From Xylographa opegraphella (taxonomy: Eukaryota): 64,000 nt of DNA. The number at the start of each line of letters is the position of its first letter. Position 1 is the stretch's first letter. The stretch is from contig JALDZX010000018.1 in NCBI GenBank assembly GCA_022813865.1, positions 248,001 through 312,000 of the forward strand, in the 5' to 3' direction. The position numbers were made by a program, and so were the translations under genes. The notes below the pieces were generated by a model. That model was not told where the DNA came from, searched no databases, and saw nothing but the letters and a program-made list of their open reading frames with translations. Of the stretch, positions 36,754-48,870 are shown piece after piece.

Positions 36754-38211
36754 ATGTGCCGCTTCCTGGTGTGTGCTACACCGTCTATGTGAACTGCCAG
36801 CCACGCTGACACTACGCGTGCAGGTCTACAAAGGCAAGGACGAGATCCTCCTCTCGAAACTGATCCTCGAGCCCTCCCACTCCATCCTCACGCAGTCGTA
36901 CGACTCCCGTCTCCGGCTCGTAAGTCACCCTTTCCTGAATCTTCAATATCACCGATCCCTTCGTTTCATGCTATCCCAATCCATCCACCCCCCCTTAACC
37001 CCCCCTCGTCTCAAACCCCTCCTCGTCTCAAACCCCTCCATGCCCCACGTCCACTTCTAAGACCGCCCTTCCCACGCAGGACACGCGCCGCCCACACAAC
37101 GGCGACGGCTTCGGCGTCGGCTACTACACCTCCGCCGCCCTCGGCCCGGCCCCCTGCCTCTTCACGTCGACGATCCCGGCGTGGAACTGCATCAACCTGT
37201 CGCGGCTGGCGGCGAAGACGACGTCGGCCCTCATCTTCGCCCACGTGCGCGCGACCACCTCCGGTGCCCTCGCGGACGCCAACTGCCACCCGTTCCGGCA
37301 CCGCTCCCTCATGTTCATGCACAACGGCAGCATCGCGGCCTGGCCGTCCGTCAAGCGCGCCCTCGCCGCCTCCCTCGCGGACGAGTGGTTCCTCTTCGTT
37401 CAGGGCGGCACCGACAGCGAGTGGGCCTTCGCCCTCTTCCTCGACAGCATGCAGCGGCAGGGCGTCGACCCGAGCCGCGACCCGCCGGGCGCGGCCGCTG
37501 CGGGCTTCGGCCACGGCGTGCTGCGCGCCGCGTTGCGGCACACGGTGGAGCGCATCAACGCCCTCGTGCGTGCGGTGCCGGACGCCGGCTTGGACGCCGA
37601 GGGCCGCCGCAGTCTGCTCAACTTCGCCGTCACCGACGGCGTCAGCGTCGTGTGCACGCGCTACGTCAGCAGCCGCACCGACGAGGCCGCCAGCCTGTAC
37701 TGGAGCAGCGGCACCAGCTGGCGGGACGAGGGCGGCGGGCGCTTCGTCATGGAGCGGCGCGACCGCGGCGCGGACATCGTGCTCGTGGCGAGCGAGCCGC
37801 TGACGTTCGAGCGCGGTACGTCTGTCTCTTTGCTCTTACCTTCCGGGTGTGGGCTGTGGGCTGTGGGCTCGTCGAGCGCGTTGTTACTGTTATTGCGGTG
37901 GGCAAGACGGGGGCGCAGGCTGACCGGCGGCAGATAATTGGGTGACGGTGCCGACGAACTCGATCCTGACGATCCATAAGCAGATCGTCATGGTGCATCC
38001 CATCGTCGATGAGTACTACAACCATAGCCCGTCGTATACGCGGCGGTCCGAGTTCGCGAAGAGTAAGGGCCTCGTGAGCACGGCGCCGGGCGTGACGGAA
38101 GTGTTGACGCCCGCGGCGGGGGAGGGGGATGGGGTGGTGGGGGAGGAGATGGATCGGGTGAGGGAGAGGTTGGAGGGGGTGCGGATGGAGAGGGAGAGGG
38201 GTGGTAGATAG
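36754..38211 (+). CDS. DUG3: Class II glutamine amidotransferase Dug3 (glutathione degradosome)
   Basis: MCRFL|VYKG, ILTQSYDSRLRL|DTRRPHNGDGFGVGYY, FAHVRATT, NCHPF, FMHNG, TDSEW, VASEPLTFER. Three introns. Confidence 0.92.
37004..37037 (+). repeat. Perfect 17-bp tandem duplication CCTCGTCTCAAACCCCT in DUG3 intron 2
   Basis: Directly visible. Confidence 0.9.
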
Positions 38212-38417
38212 GTTTGAGTCACGTGGTAAGGTAGGCTTAGTTGGAACTTTGAAGGGGTGGTTGCTGGACCGGGCATATCGGAGCGCGTTCGCATTCAGGT
38301 GTGATCTTTCTTGGAAGACGATGAGCTTTCCAGAAAATAACATTCCCACAACCGTCACCGCCACCAACGCTCTCAAGAGCTACACACGCACCTCTTCCCC
38401 CATCACCGGGCCCATCC

Positions 38418-39412
38418 CTAAACTCCCGCTTCCACGGTTCCAGTGTCCATCGCCCCTTCGCATTTGTCGGACAGACCCTCCACAAAGCACCAATACATCC
38501 ACTCCCCGCCGATGCGCACGCCCCATTTTCTAAACAAGTGTAGCTCCCTAGCATCAGGGCTCCGTACCGAAAAAGGGTGGAGCTCGACTCCGTTCAAGGG
38601 ACTTACTAGCAGGTTCAACGTTCCGCATCCAGCATGCACGTCGCAGGCGCTCGAATCGGCCGCAGCACGCGGTCCGGGAGCTATCGGTTCGGAGGAGCAA
38701 GTAGCGATGTCGCTCAAGATGCCAGTAGCGGCCAGGGTTTAAGAAGGATGTGGTACGGGGAAGGTATCGGTATCGCGGCGCTGAAAGACCCATCGAGTCT
38801 GGAAACCGGTTGGGTTGCCGAGAAGGCGCTGCATCCCGAGCTCTTCAGCCACGACACCGAGTTCCCGTTCTGGGAGCTAGTTGACGTGTACAGTCTCGTT
38901 TGGCAGGAGAATGTTGGCGATGCGGTTACTGCCCTTGTGACCTCATGAAGACCAATTATCTTTGAGAGAAAAATGTAGACTGAGATCCAGCACTGGTATT
39001 GCCCTTTCAGCAAGTCGCTTCCGTGATGGATAGTCCGGGTTACTCTGTCTTAGTGATAGAAATGTACAAGACGAGCGGTGACGAAGGGGGGTACGGTAGG
39101 GAGAGTCATTCGAAAGGGTCTGTTCAAGTCAGCCTGAGGTAGCGAGGTTGAAGATCGCGAACATACCCAATTTGTACATCGTAGAAGTGGTGGCGGTGAA
39201 GAGTATCCGGTAGCGTTCCTTGAAGACAACGAGCTGAAAAGTAGAAGTTTCTCCGCCTTCAAAATTGTAGAGAGCGTCTCCCCGTTGGATCTAGATATGG
39301 TCGGCAGTACAAGCAGGCCTCGATGGCTTAAGCTCCGAGTCGGGTCCGTAGAGACGGCAGATAGACCCAGAACCCCAGCAGGCAGACTGTAGAGCAGTAT
39401 TCCAGAAAACAT
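38418..39412 (-). pseudogene. Probable decayed gene for a secreted Cys-containing protein (or a 140-aa two-exon ORF)
   Basis: Signal-peptide-like MFSGILLYSLPAGVLG. Canonical introns 39166-39120 and 38606-38548; the frame continues through three stops to SSACDVHAGCGTLNLL. Confidence 0.35.
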
Positions 39413-40512
39413 CACATATCCTCGCCTGAGATCTTCGCATGCTTGAAGTACTTCATCCCCACCCACGCGATCGTCACCCACACCCACGCCATGATAGCCG
39501 TCAGCATGATCAGCGCCGGGTAGTAGCCGACGATGGGCAGAGTCGGATCGTCGTTCAGTTCGGGCGGCGCGTATGGCGTCTCCCCCACATCCCAGGCCCA
39601 GCTCCAGACGCCAAAGCAGCTGCCCATGCCGACGACGAAGACGATCCAGGTGACGAGCAAGATGACCCAGCCCCACCATTCCGTGTCGGCGTAGTCCCAG
39701 TCTTCGGGCGACAGCGTGGGGTCCAGCGGCAGCGTAGCCAGTGGCGATTTCGGCCTGTTCATGGAGCGCCGTCGCTGTATCCCGGCGCCGTCGACTGGGA
39801 AGTAAGATTCTCCTCCGCCAGCTTTCTTCAGCGAGCCGACACTGTTGCTCAGGTTCGAGACGCGGGAGAAGGTCAAGACATCGTCGTCATCCGTCGTGGA
39901 CATATCCCCGAGCGTGGGCTTCCGGTTCAGGCTGGTGAACGGCAGTATCTCGTCACTGTCATTGTCGTGTAACCGTCCCATACTCCGGGCCGGCCCGGTC
40001 GAGTCCGAAGTATCTACCGAAGACGCTCGCTCATATGATTGTCTTGGAGTGGGGAGGTCGTCGCCCGACTCGGGGCTCGGACTTTGTTTCAGTACTGCAC
40101 CGCGTATGTCATGCTCCGAGTGTAGCGTGTCCACCAGCTCCAATGACGAGCTTCGCTCTTCACGGTTCTCGAGCCTCAATCTGCCCGTGCCCAGAATCGC
40201 GGTCTTCCGGAGGGAGCCTGTCCGCTTTCTGGTTTTCTTCGGATCCTGCGACGGAGGAGGGCCGGGCGGAGAGGATTGGAAGCGCTCATACGCGTCGTGA
40301 CTGTCGTTGATATGGAAGCCAGTGTTACGCGTGTTGCGACTCTCCGCTGCTGGCCTTAGGAAAGAGAGTTTCGACAGAATGCTGCCAGAAAGACTCCTCT
40401 TGTGGCTGGCTGCAGAAAGACCTCTGTCGTCGTCGGGGTGAAGGTCGTTCGAAAGACGCTCGTCGAGGCCATGGTGTGGGGCATTCCTTGACTCTGAGGT
40501 CCCATTCTCCAT
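39412..40512 (-). CDS. PIG-Y/Eri1-domain protein (GPI-GlcNAc transferase subunit) with long disordered N-terminus
   Basis: C-terminal two-TM hairpin WWGWVILLVTWIVFVVGMGS..GYYPALIMLT..WVWVTIAWVGMKYFKHA; Ser/Arg-rich N-terminal region. Confidence 0.78.
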   Translation of the reverse strand: MENGTSESRNAPHHGLDERLSNDLHPDDDRGLSAASHKRSLSGSILSKLSFLRPAAESRNTRNTGFHINDSHDAYERFQSSPPGPPPSQDPKKTRKRTGSLRKTAILGTGRLRLENREERSSSLELVDTLHSEHDIRGAVLKQSPSPESGDDLPTPRQSYERASSVDTSDSTGPARSMGRLHDNDSDEILPFTSLNRKPTLGDMSTTDDDDVLTFSRVSNLSNSVGSLKKAGGGESYFPVDGAGIQRRRSMNRPKSPLATLPLDPTLSPEDWDYADTEWWGWVILLVTWIVFVVGMGSCFGVWSWAWDVGETPYAPPELNDDPTLPIVGYYPALIMLTAIMAWVWVTIAWVGMKYFKHAKISGEDM

Positions 40513-41866
40513 ACTCTGCACCGCCTTGCGCGCGCGACTTCGAGATCATTCACAGGCAAGGTTACAGTAGCAGTAGCCAGGAGTCAGTACGTAGCAGCCA
40601 ATCGACGAATGATACTACGTAACGCATAGCTCCACACGCTAACGCGTAAAGGCTCGTATCGTATTTGGGATACCTCGTATGAGGGTCTAACAAGGGTCCC
40701 GCCAAGACCAAATGAATGATTGGCACTCCTCGCTTCATCCATCCCGTCCAACGTCTTCCTTCGACACCCGCCTCCCTACGGACGAAAAGACCTCAAGCCC
40801 TCACCCAGCCCTGAAACATCCCCCGTCCAGAAGGCAGCAGCATCACACCACAAATCAAATTAGCGAGAAACAGTCGAATCAGCTGCGTTGCGTGCGTGCG
40901 TAACCTCCACCCCGACGCCACGGCCGCGGGCCCCCGAGACGAAAGGAACTCGACAAGATTGCGCAGGTGCCACTGTCCCCTTTCGCCAGCCCGTGGGATG
41001 TGATATCGCGCTGCCAATTAGACGATCCCCATCCATCCATGCCCCCAAACTCCTCAATCCCCCATGCGTGGCGCCCTCCTCAGCTTGTTCCCCCCCTCTA
41101 GGATGTTTATGTACAGACCCCTTCGTAAACCCCCAGCCAGCACAGACCTCCCATCACCACCAAATTCCCTCGCCCCCTATCCGATCCCACACCGCGTCCC
41201 TCCCTCACCCCCAAAAAAAACCCACGCCATAGAAAACCGTCCAGGCAGCCTCCCAATCCCCACTCGGCGAGCAAGCCCCATGTCAACCACGCCACAAAAC
41301 GGCAGGGTGGCAGTGTGACAGCACGGCGGGTCGCGCGGGCTGGGTTAGTATCAAACCGCCCGCAGAGAGGTGCCGTGACTTGCCCCTTCGCGAGCTGGAG
41401 AGTCACATCGCGAGGGAATACTCCGTAATAGGCTGCCTGGTGACGAAGCGACCGGTGCTGTACCCAGCTCGCGCGCGGTTGGTATGTCCCATGTGGCAGT
41501 GGACCCGATGGCTGGGGCCTCATTCTGCATCCTACCCCCTCGGCGAAGCTCGTTCGACTGGATGTCCAACCCAGCAGAGACGCGTCCGATCTGCGTGCGC
41601 TAGCAAATGCCCTGGCGTGGCATCCATCTATCTCTCCGGTCCCCAGAACCGGTCGGTGGTACCGAGAAGCAGGACTCTACAGTCACATAGAGACATGTCG
41701 CAAGAAAGACCTTCTCGGCAGCAGATCCCCAGGCTCGAAGAAAGATGGAATTTTAATGTAGAATAGCCAGCGATGCCTCGCAGCAGAGACAGAAGTAGAA
41801 TCTTTCCCAAGAAAGTCGCAACCAGTATAGAGACCCCCCAAATAATCTTACAGCCAAAGTAGCAAG

Positions 41867-42053
41867 ATCTCCCATCTATACAAGTAATCGTGCCCAAAGA
41901 AGCGAAGAATAATAACCATACACCAACCAGTCCTCCTCTTCCCACTGATGTCCCCACCCCACATCTCCCATCTATCAATACAAGTAAGTAATCGTGCCCA
42001 AAAAAGCCAAAAAAAAAAAAATAACCATTACACCAACCCTCCTCTCCCCCACT
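41867..42053. repeat. Imperfect tandem duplication (period ~96 bp) of the multicopper oxidase proximal 3' UTR
   Basis: ATCTCCCATCTAT..CAAGTAATCGTGCCCAAA..ATAACCAT..ACACCAACC..CCTCCTCT occurs at 41867-41946 and 41963-42053. Confidence 0.85.
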
Positions 42054-43781
42054 CAACTCCCGGCCGCCAACCAATCCACACTATTACCCACCGCGTTCCC
42101 CCCCGTCGGCACCCCCTGCCCGACACATATCTGGATGCCCTCGAACGGGATCCGCTGACGCGCCTGCAACACATCCGGGGCCTCGATCACCGTCGCCGTC
42201 AAGCCGGCCTCGACGTGCCACTCAATATGGCAGTGCAGCAACCAGACGCCCGGGTTCTCGGCCCGGAACCGCAGCACGACGAAGCCCATCTCGGGCACCT
42301 GCACCGTGTCGCGGCGCATGGGCACCGCCCGCTTGGCGGAGTAGTCCACCTGCGGCGGCAGCAGCGCGGCGAGGGAGGAGGAGGAGGAGCCGTTGCCCGG
42401 GACGAAGGCCTCCATGGCGGGCGTCTCGACGAAGACGTTGGGGGCGGAGCGGGCGATGACCTGGACGGGGTGGCCGTGCAGGTGGAAGGGGTGAGCGCCG
42501 CCGTCGAGGTTGTTGAGGCGGATGTCGACAACGGCGTTCATGGGCAGGACGACGGGGTTGGTGTGCGGGCCGTAGATGTGCGGGTTGGAGACGACGCTCG
42601 GGGGCGCGGTCAGGGCGGTGAAGAGAGTGGGCACCACGGGCGACAGGTAGGTGCTGTTGTTCATGACGGCGCGGTTTTGGCCGTTGATCTGGGTGAAGTC
42701 GAAGGCGAAGGTGATGACGGTGTCGGGAGCGGGGAGCAGGGGTTGCTGGTCGTAGGGCACGAGGTCGAAGTCGTTGTAGGTATTGAAGGCGGGCACGTTG
42801 AGCGCTGGGGGAAGGGGTGCTTGCGCGTCATAGACCAGGTAGCCGGTGACGTTGGGTTGTAGGTAGCGGGGGAGGGTGTTGAACATATCGAGATCGAACG
42901 AGGAGATGAAGGCGTAGTTCTTGCTGGCGGAGGGCTTCGCGGTGATGAGCACACCATAGCGTTGCGCGGCGGTGACATAGATGCTATCCACAGTCTGCGG
43001 CTGGGTGTAGACGCCGTCGATCTCGATGATGGTCATGCGGTGCTGGTCGAATTGCACGTACGTGGCGGCGAAGGCGGCAATGCTGGCGATACGGACGAAG
43101 TATGTTTTGCCGGGCTGCATGGCGAACTTGATGTTCTGAGCGTCGTTGATCAGGTTGGAGTAGGGGACGGACTCGTTGCCGGAAGGGTTCAGCGTCGCGG
43201 AGAGGTAGGTGCTGACGAGGGTAGGGAACTGCTCGTGGTACCAGTCGGAGAGGGTGAGGATGATTTCTTCGTCGTATTTGCCGGCGTAGGGGGACTGGGG
43301 ATCATGGACGATAAGGGGCCCGCGGAGGCCGTCGGGGTATTGCCCTCCAACGTGGGAGTGGTACCAGTAGGTTCCTGGTTGATTGATCTTGTAGACAAAT
43401 TAGAAATTGTGGTGCTGGAAGTGGTGGGCAACTCACAGTAAATTCATACGTATAGCTTTCACCGGGAGGTATGGCGCACTGGGTGACTCCCACGGGGCCA
43501 TCCATGGCGTTGCTGCCCTGCTGGTAAAGACCATGCCAATGTATACTCGTCGATTGATTGCCAAGCTGGTTATTGACGTTGACAATCACTGTATCGCCAA
43601 CAGTCGCCTTTAGCGTTGGGCAAGGCCACTGTCCATTGATACCGATGGCCGGGCGAACATGCCGCGAATCGGGGTTCACACTGACCCAAGTGATATCCCA
43701 GTTGTAGGTCACTGTTGTAGCAAATACCAGATTCGCGGACAACAGAACAATTAGAAGACTTCGAAGGGATAACATTGTCAT
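42053..43781 (-). CDS. Multicopper oxidase, Fet3/ferroxidase-laccase-like, secreted
   Basis: Signal peptide; copper motifs HWHG, WYHSH, HPFHLHGH, HCHIEWHVEAGL. Intron 43436-43388; ends GNAVGNSVDWLAAGS. Confidence 0.92.
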
Positions 43782-46700
43782 TGGTATGAGTACAATAAGA
43801 GGATACGCTGAAATTTGACGATGGTTCAAAGCTCTTGCAAAGGACAGGACCAGCCATTTTATATTACACTGATCGGAGAAAGGCTCGAGCATTTCCGTCC
43901 TGGCTGAAGAGGTGGCGGTTGATATCCCGTGAATATCCTTACTCAGAGCGCCTCGCCCCCATCCTTCACGGCTGAGTGTGAATCATCCTGAGAACTGACA
44001 TGCTCGCAAATTAGCTTACTATTGAAATCAGCACACCGGCCTAGCACACACGCCACCAATACTACTTAGCAAACTCGTATAGAGAAAATCCTTACGTTCG
44101 ATCACGGAAAATCAATTTGGATCACACCGATCCCGTGCCTCACAGGATGAGATCAGGGCCACAAAAAAAACCCCCGGTCTGCATGGAAGTAAAGAGCTTA
44201 CGGAATTCCGAGAAACCCTTTGTCCTAACAACAACGAGCAAAGATCCATGAATTCACTGCTCAAATTGTCCCAGATGACTGTATGAAAAAAAAAAAAACG
44301 TGAGAAGCCATGGCTTGTGACTAGGATTTCCATGACTTGATAGTGCTAGGAAACTTCAGGGAGACGGTGGAATAGTGGAACACATGTCAAAGCATAACGG
44401 GATGCAGAAGTATTCGAACCCAGTAAGGGACGCTGCGCCACATATGAATGAACTAATGGAAGGATGCTGAGATGAAGAACACGCCAAACACGGTGACCAC
44501 GGGACGATCCTGGCAAAGCGTATTTGGTCAATACAGAAACGGAGCAGCCCGATGATTCTCACGTAATTACAAGATAAATATAACGCAGCGACTCCATAGC
44601 TGTACATGCCAAGCGAGACGCGAACATAGGACGCCAAATCCACACGACAAGAAATCCAGCTCGCTCACGGTGACAGAATTTTTGGTATAGCAGCACGAAA
44701 TGAGGCTTGCCGTGTACGAGGGGTTGAATTTCCACTCGATGAGACGGGACGACTGATATTGGCCACGAGAGGGCCAGATCTTGACAAGGGTAAAGTGTCT
44801 CGAACACGACCACGCACGTTGTTCGTCGCCCTATCATGCCGAGACTTGAATCAGCAGGGTTCGTACCATGGGTCTCCGTTGCCTGCGTCGACCGCCACAT
44901 GATTTAGTATCACAACGCCGTCGGGGACGCGGGAAATGTACAGGTCAAGCAGAGGAAAGCGATGTAGAGCCTAGTCGACCAAACAAATGGTATTCCGTAG
45001 CAATTCCGACTTGAGATGAATTAACATTAAGTCATCCACGAGGATCAAAGTTGAAGAAGGGCCAATCCTGCGCGATAAATTTGGAAGAACATTTCAGAAT
45101 GCTACTCTGACAAGGGCAGGGGGCTGTACCTAGGATACGATGTCAGCTCAGCCGATGTAGGCAGCATCCGTTAGCAGCCCTATTGAAGGCTTCGTCGAGA
45201 ATGCATGAGGTTTACAGTTATATCTGTCTGGGATTTCATCACCGTGTCCTTAGGTACACTATGGTTGGTGAACAATCGCATGACCTGTATGTATATGTGC
45301 ATGATGATATCGAGGCCTTTCAACGATCTCTCCGTTGCGGTGCCTCGGTATCGTATGGCTGTACAGGAGTAGCTAGCAAAGGAAAAGGAAAGGGCAAGGC
45401 GCAGCTCGTCCTAGGCTGGCAGCCTTGCACGACATGGCAACAGTTTTACACGAGGATCGGGTAGGATACAACAACAGAGTTCCCATCAGTGCTGACAAGC
45501 TGATCGGACGAGACCGGTAGATCGCGGTCATTGTAAGCCTGGTATGTGTATCACGTCTGGTCCTGTTCGCAACAGAGACAGAGGTCAGAGCATGGAGTGT
45601 CGTTGGTCGTTAGATATCAGCTGAAAGGCCGGACTAGCTGAATAACGTTAGCCTCGTTCTTTTCCCAGACGTGCTTGCAAATTCAATCGTTCCGATTCGC
45701 CGAAGCGGAACCGCCCCCAGCTCCCATCGGCAGTCATTCTCTGCCTGCTCACCCACGTGCCCATGCAATCCTACGAGTATCAGTCATGTTTGAAAGCAAT
45801 GAAATGAAATGAAAGATCCCGTCGACACCGGAGCCTGTGAGGTTTGCGTGGCCCCGGCACAGTGTTCCCTGTCTCCAACCCGGACTTTGGGGACTTCCGA
45901 CAGCATGGGGAAGAATTGACGATACCGCTCCGTAGAAGTGCATTAATTGAGAGTGACTGACAAGTGTGAAGGGGGGGTACACAGGCGCTTGTTCCAATGA
46001 GGCAGTCACGTGACGTTTCAACCGAGAACTGTCAAATCCGAATGATGCACGTGCCGTCGGTATCGTTGAACCTTCGGGCCGCGCAGCCTCGTGCATCTTA
46101 CGTGAGTACGATCAAAAGCAGGCAACGGCCCTCAAAGTTTCTCCGAGCGAAAGGCGGTCAGAAAAGAGCTTCACCGAAGGCCCCCTCTGCCGCGTCTGAA
46201 CTCTGTGCAAGACTAGGAGCTTCGGGCAGGCAGCCATCCTGCAGCAAGGTCGACGTACCCAGTCCCAGGTACAGCGGACATACCGCGCATGATCGCTCCA
46301 GACTCTGATGGCCGATCACGTCAGGACCTGGATCAACTTTGATTCTAGCGATTGAGCGTCCAGCAATGCTTGATCCCCGTCGCTGCCCTCGGCCGGAGTC
46401 GCCTGTGTAGATCTTCTGCCTCTACGATCAAAATGCGACCGTAGGGTTCGGAGCTGAAGGAGGCTTCCTCTCGACCTAGCCAAAGCCCAGTCATCGGACT
46501 CACGCCCGTGATCAGCAGCGTAAGGATGGCACAGCAACTCCGTACAGAAGATGCAACCGCCTCTAAGGTTGAGCTGGCCTGCCTTGTGCTTCATCCGTAG
46601 TAGCTTCCGAAGCTGCGCTTTCTGGAAGCGCTGGCCAACGGGGCGCATGTCACGAACAACGAGGACGAGCGGGACCAGCGGGAAAGGCAAGTGGGAAGCG

Positions 46701-48840
46701 AGAGCGCTGCACACAACTAGCACAACACACGTCTTGCTCTGCCTCGGCCAGCACCCTCCACTCCGCCGGGTGGCAGGATGGATGTACTGTGTAAGACCGA
46801 GACGGCATTCGTCGCATAGATAGTAGAGTCAGTGGTGCCGCCAAGGTCCGAAGACGACTCTGCAGGCCACGGGCGTTTGGAGGAGATGGCGGCACGCGAG
46901 GAGGGAGGTGGAGCAAATGAAAGTCTGCTCGACCAGGTTGTCCACACGATATCAAGTGAAATGATCATCGGCAACATCGAGAGGCGATTTGCCAGGGCCG
47001 TCCAGGTGCGAGCGGACTGCCGGAGCTGGGCGAAACGAGCGGCTGGCGGGCGAAGCGTGCCACTTCCTTTTGCATCCTGACGGTATCCTTCTGGCGATGT
47101 TTTGGTGCTAATGCTGTGCTCCCTCGACCTTTTCCCGCCGAAGCAGGGTCATTGAAATTCCTGGAGTCGCAATGATCGCGTTCTGAGTCACACGTCATGC
47201 ATCGTGCATCTGCACCCACGTTGCAGTCGGCCGGTTACAGGGCGCGCAATCGAGAAGGGAGGAAAGCCTGCAGGCTGCCGCTACCGTAGTGCTGTTGTTG
47301 CGAGGCTAGGCTACCTAGGCATCGCATGAGGGCGAGTGGGAGGTTGGATGGGTGCACATGCGAGGTCGGATCCGCGGCGCGTGATTTGTTGGTGGACGTG
47401 ACATCGGCATGGAACTTCGAACGGGTCTGTCGCTGAGAGGCCGGGGTGTGATGAAGATCCGGCGCGCAAGGATGGTCGGCGTCGCAGATCTCCAGGACAA
47501 AGGTTTTTCTTCTTTTAGAGTATTTCGATCACCCAACTCCTCCCTTAGCTGCTTGCTGGGCTGGGAACGGACGGAGCTTTTTTGGGCGGTGTCACGGTAG
47601 TAGCGCTGCGGTCCCGACCACTGGGCCACAACTGACAAGGCACAAGTGAGACTTTGGAGCACAGGCCGGTTTCCTGTGTTGTCTGTTCGCTTTCTGACTT
47701 CATACCCTCCTCCTCGTCCTCCTCCTTATCATCCATCGTGATCGTCTCGGGCTGACGGCTTATTCCCGAGTGCAACAGACCGCCTAGTTTGGCGACCGGC
47801 GTGCGCTGTACAGATGGGGCCTGTACGAGGTGTCTCCGTAGTCGTAGTCCGTACAAGTGGATCAGATGCTGCACTTTCGCGGTTCCGAGTTTGGACGATT
47901 ACGTGGACTACGTGAGACTGCGTGGCTTGATGTTCCATTGTCCAGGCAGTCGCAATGGAGGCATTTCCCACATGCAGCGCGGACCTTGGAGCTTCGGTGA
48001 GAATCAACCATGAGTTTTATCCGCCCGCGACTTGCAATCTGGTGTGGATGTGGGTGCCTAGAGATGGATTGCGATGCGCTTGCTGCACGTTTCCACCACA
48101 GACAGGCGGTGATAAGGCAAGTGCCAAAGTCAAACAACGGTCAGCTTTGGCTTTGGAACCAGCATTCGTGTATGTAGAGTGCGTACGTATATTGGCCATG
48201 GTCCACTCACCTCCCGACCATCTGACTCGTGCATATTATTGATTATTATGCTTCATCCACCGCCTCTCGAAACATCATGTCCTCTATAGCCGTACCCGTA
48301 TGCGGTTCAGTCATCCTGGGGGTGGCCTGAACCATGGCTCCCGTGCCAATAACCAGGGCTCTTTTTCGTGCCCAAGATTCCAACGGTTCACCGCCACCCC
48401 GAAAGAGGACAAAGCGAGGCGCGGACCCAGCTTTGCCATGATCCGGGAAGCCTTTGAAGCGAGTTCGGGGGGGAGGGTTCATGTGGCATGGCGAAGGCAT
48501 GGTGAGTGGGGTGCGGTTGATTGCCATCGTCTTGACTCCGGCTCCATGCAGACGTCCACCCCACCGGTCCCTACCTTACCTTACCTTACCTTGTAGCGTC
48601 AGCGTTAGCAAGGTGCAGTTTCTCGTTGCTTTTTGCCCATTCGCGACCGTGCATCCACGCCCCAAAGCCGGCCCCCCGTAAGATCGAACGATTCATTGGA
48701 AGCCCACTAATCATAGCGCTTCCCAGTCGAAATTCCTTCCACTAAGCTCGCTGATTCCGCCTTAGCCTCCCCCCCTTACCTCCCCTAGCATACCTCCCCT
48801 ATCACACCCCGTTCCTTGTCACATCAGCTGGAGTAACCAC

Positions 48841-48870
48841 TACCGTGTACCGTGTACCGCGTACCGTGTA
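48841..48870 (+). repeat. 7-bp tandem repeat TACCGTG x4 (CCTTA repeats also at ~48570-48592)
   Basis: Directly visible. Confidence 0.85.

Noticed and set aside
41948..43441. Antisense ORFs over the oxidase (304 aa, 159 aa), and similar ones over DUG3, PQ-loop, ZRG17 and the 50100 gene
   Set aside because: Shadow ORFs from high GC3 codon bias; no domains.
33000..43800. ADH, MFS and oxidase as a secondary-metabolite cluster
   Set aside because: No backbone enzyme (PKS, NRPS, terpene synthase) or cluster regulator, and housekeeping genes are interspersed.
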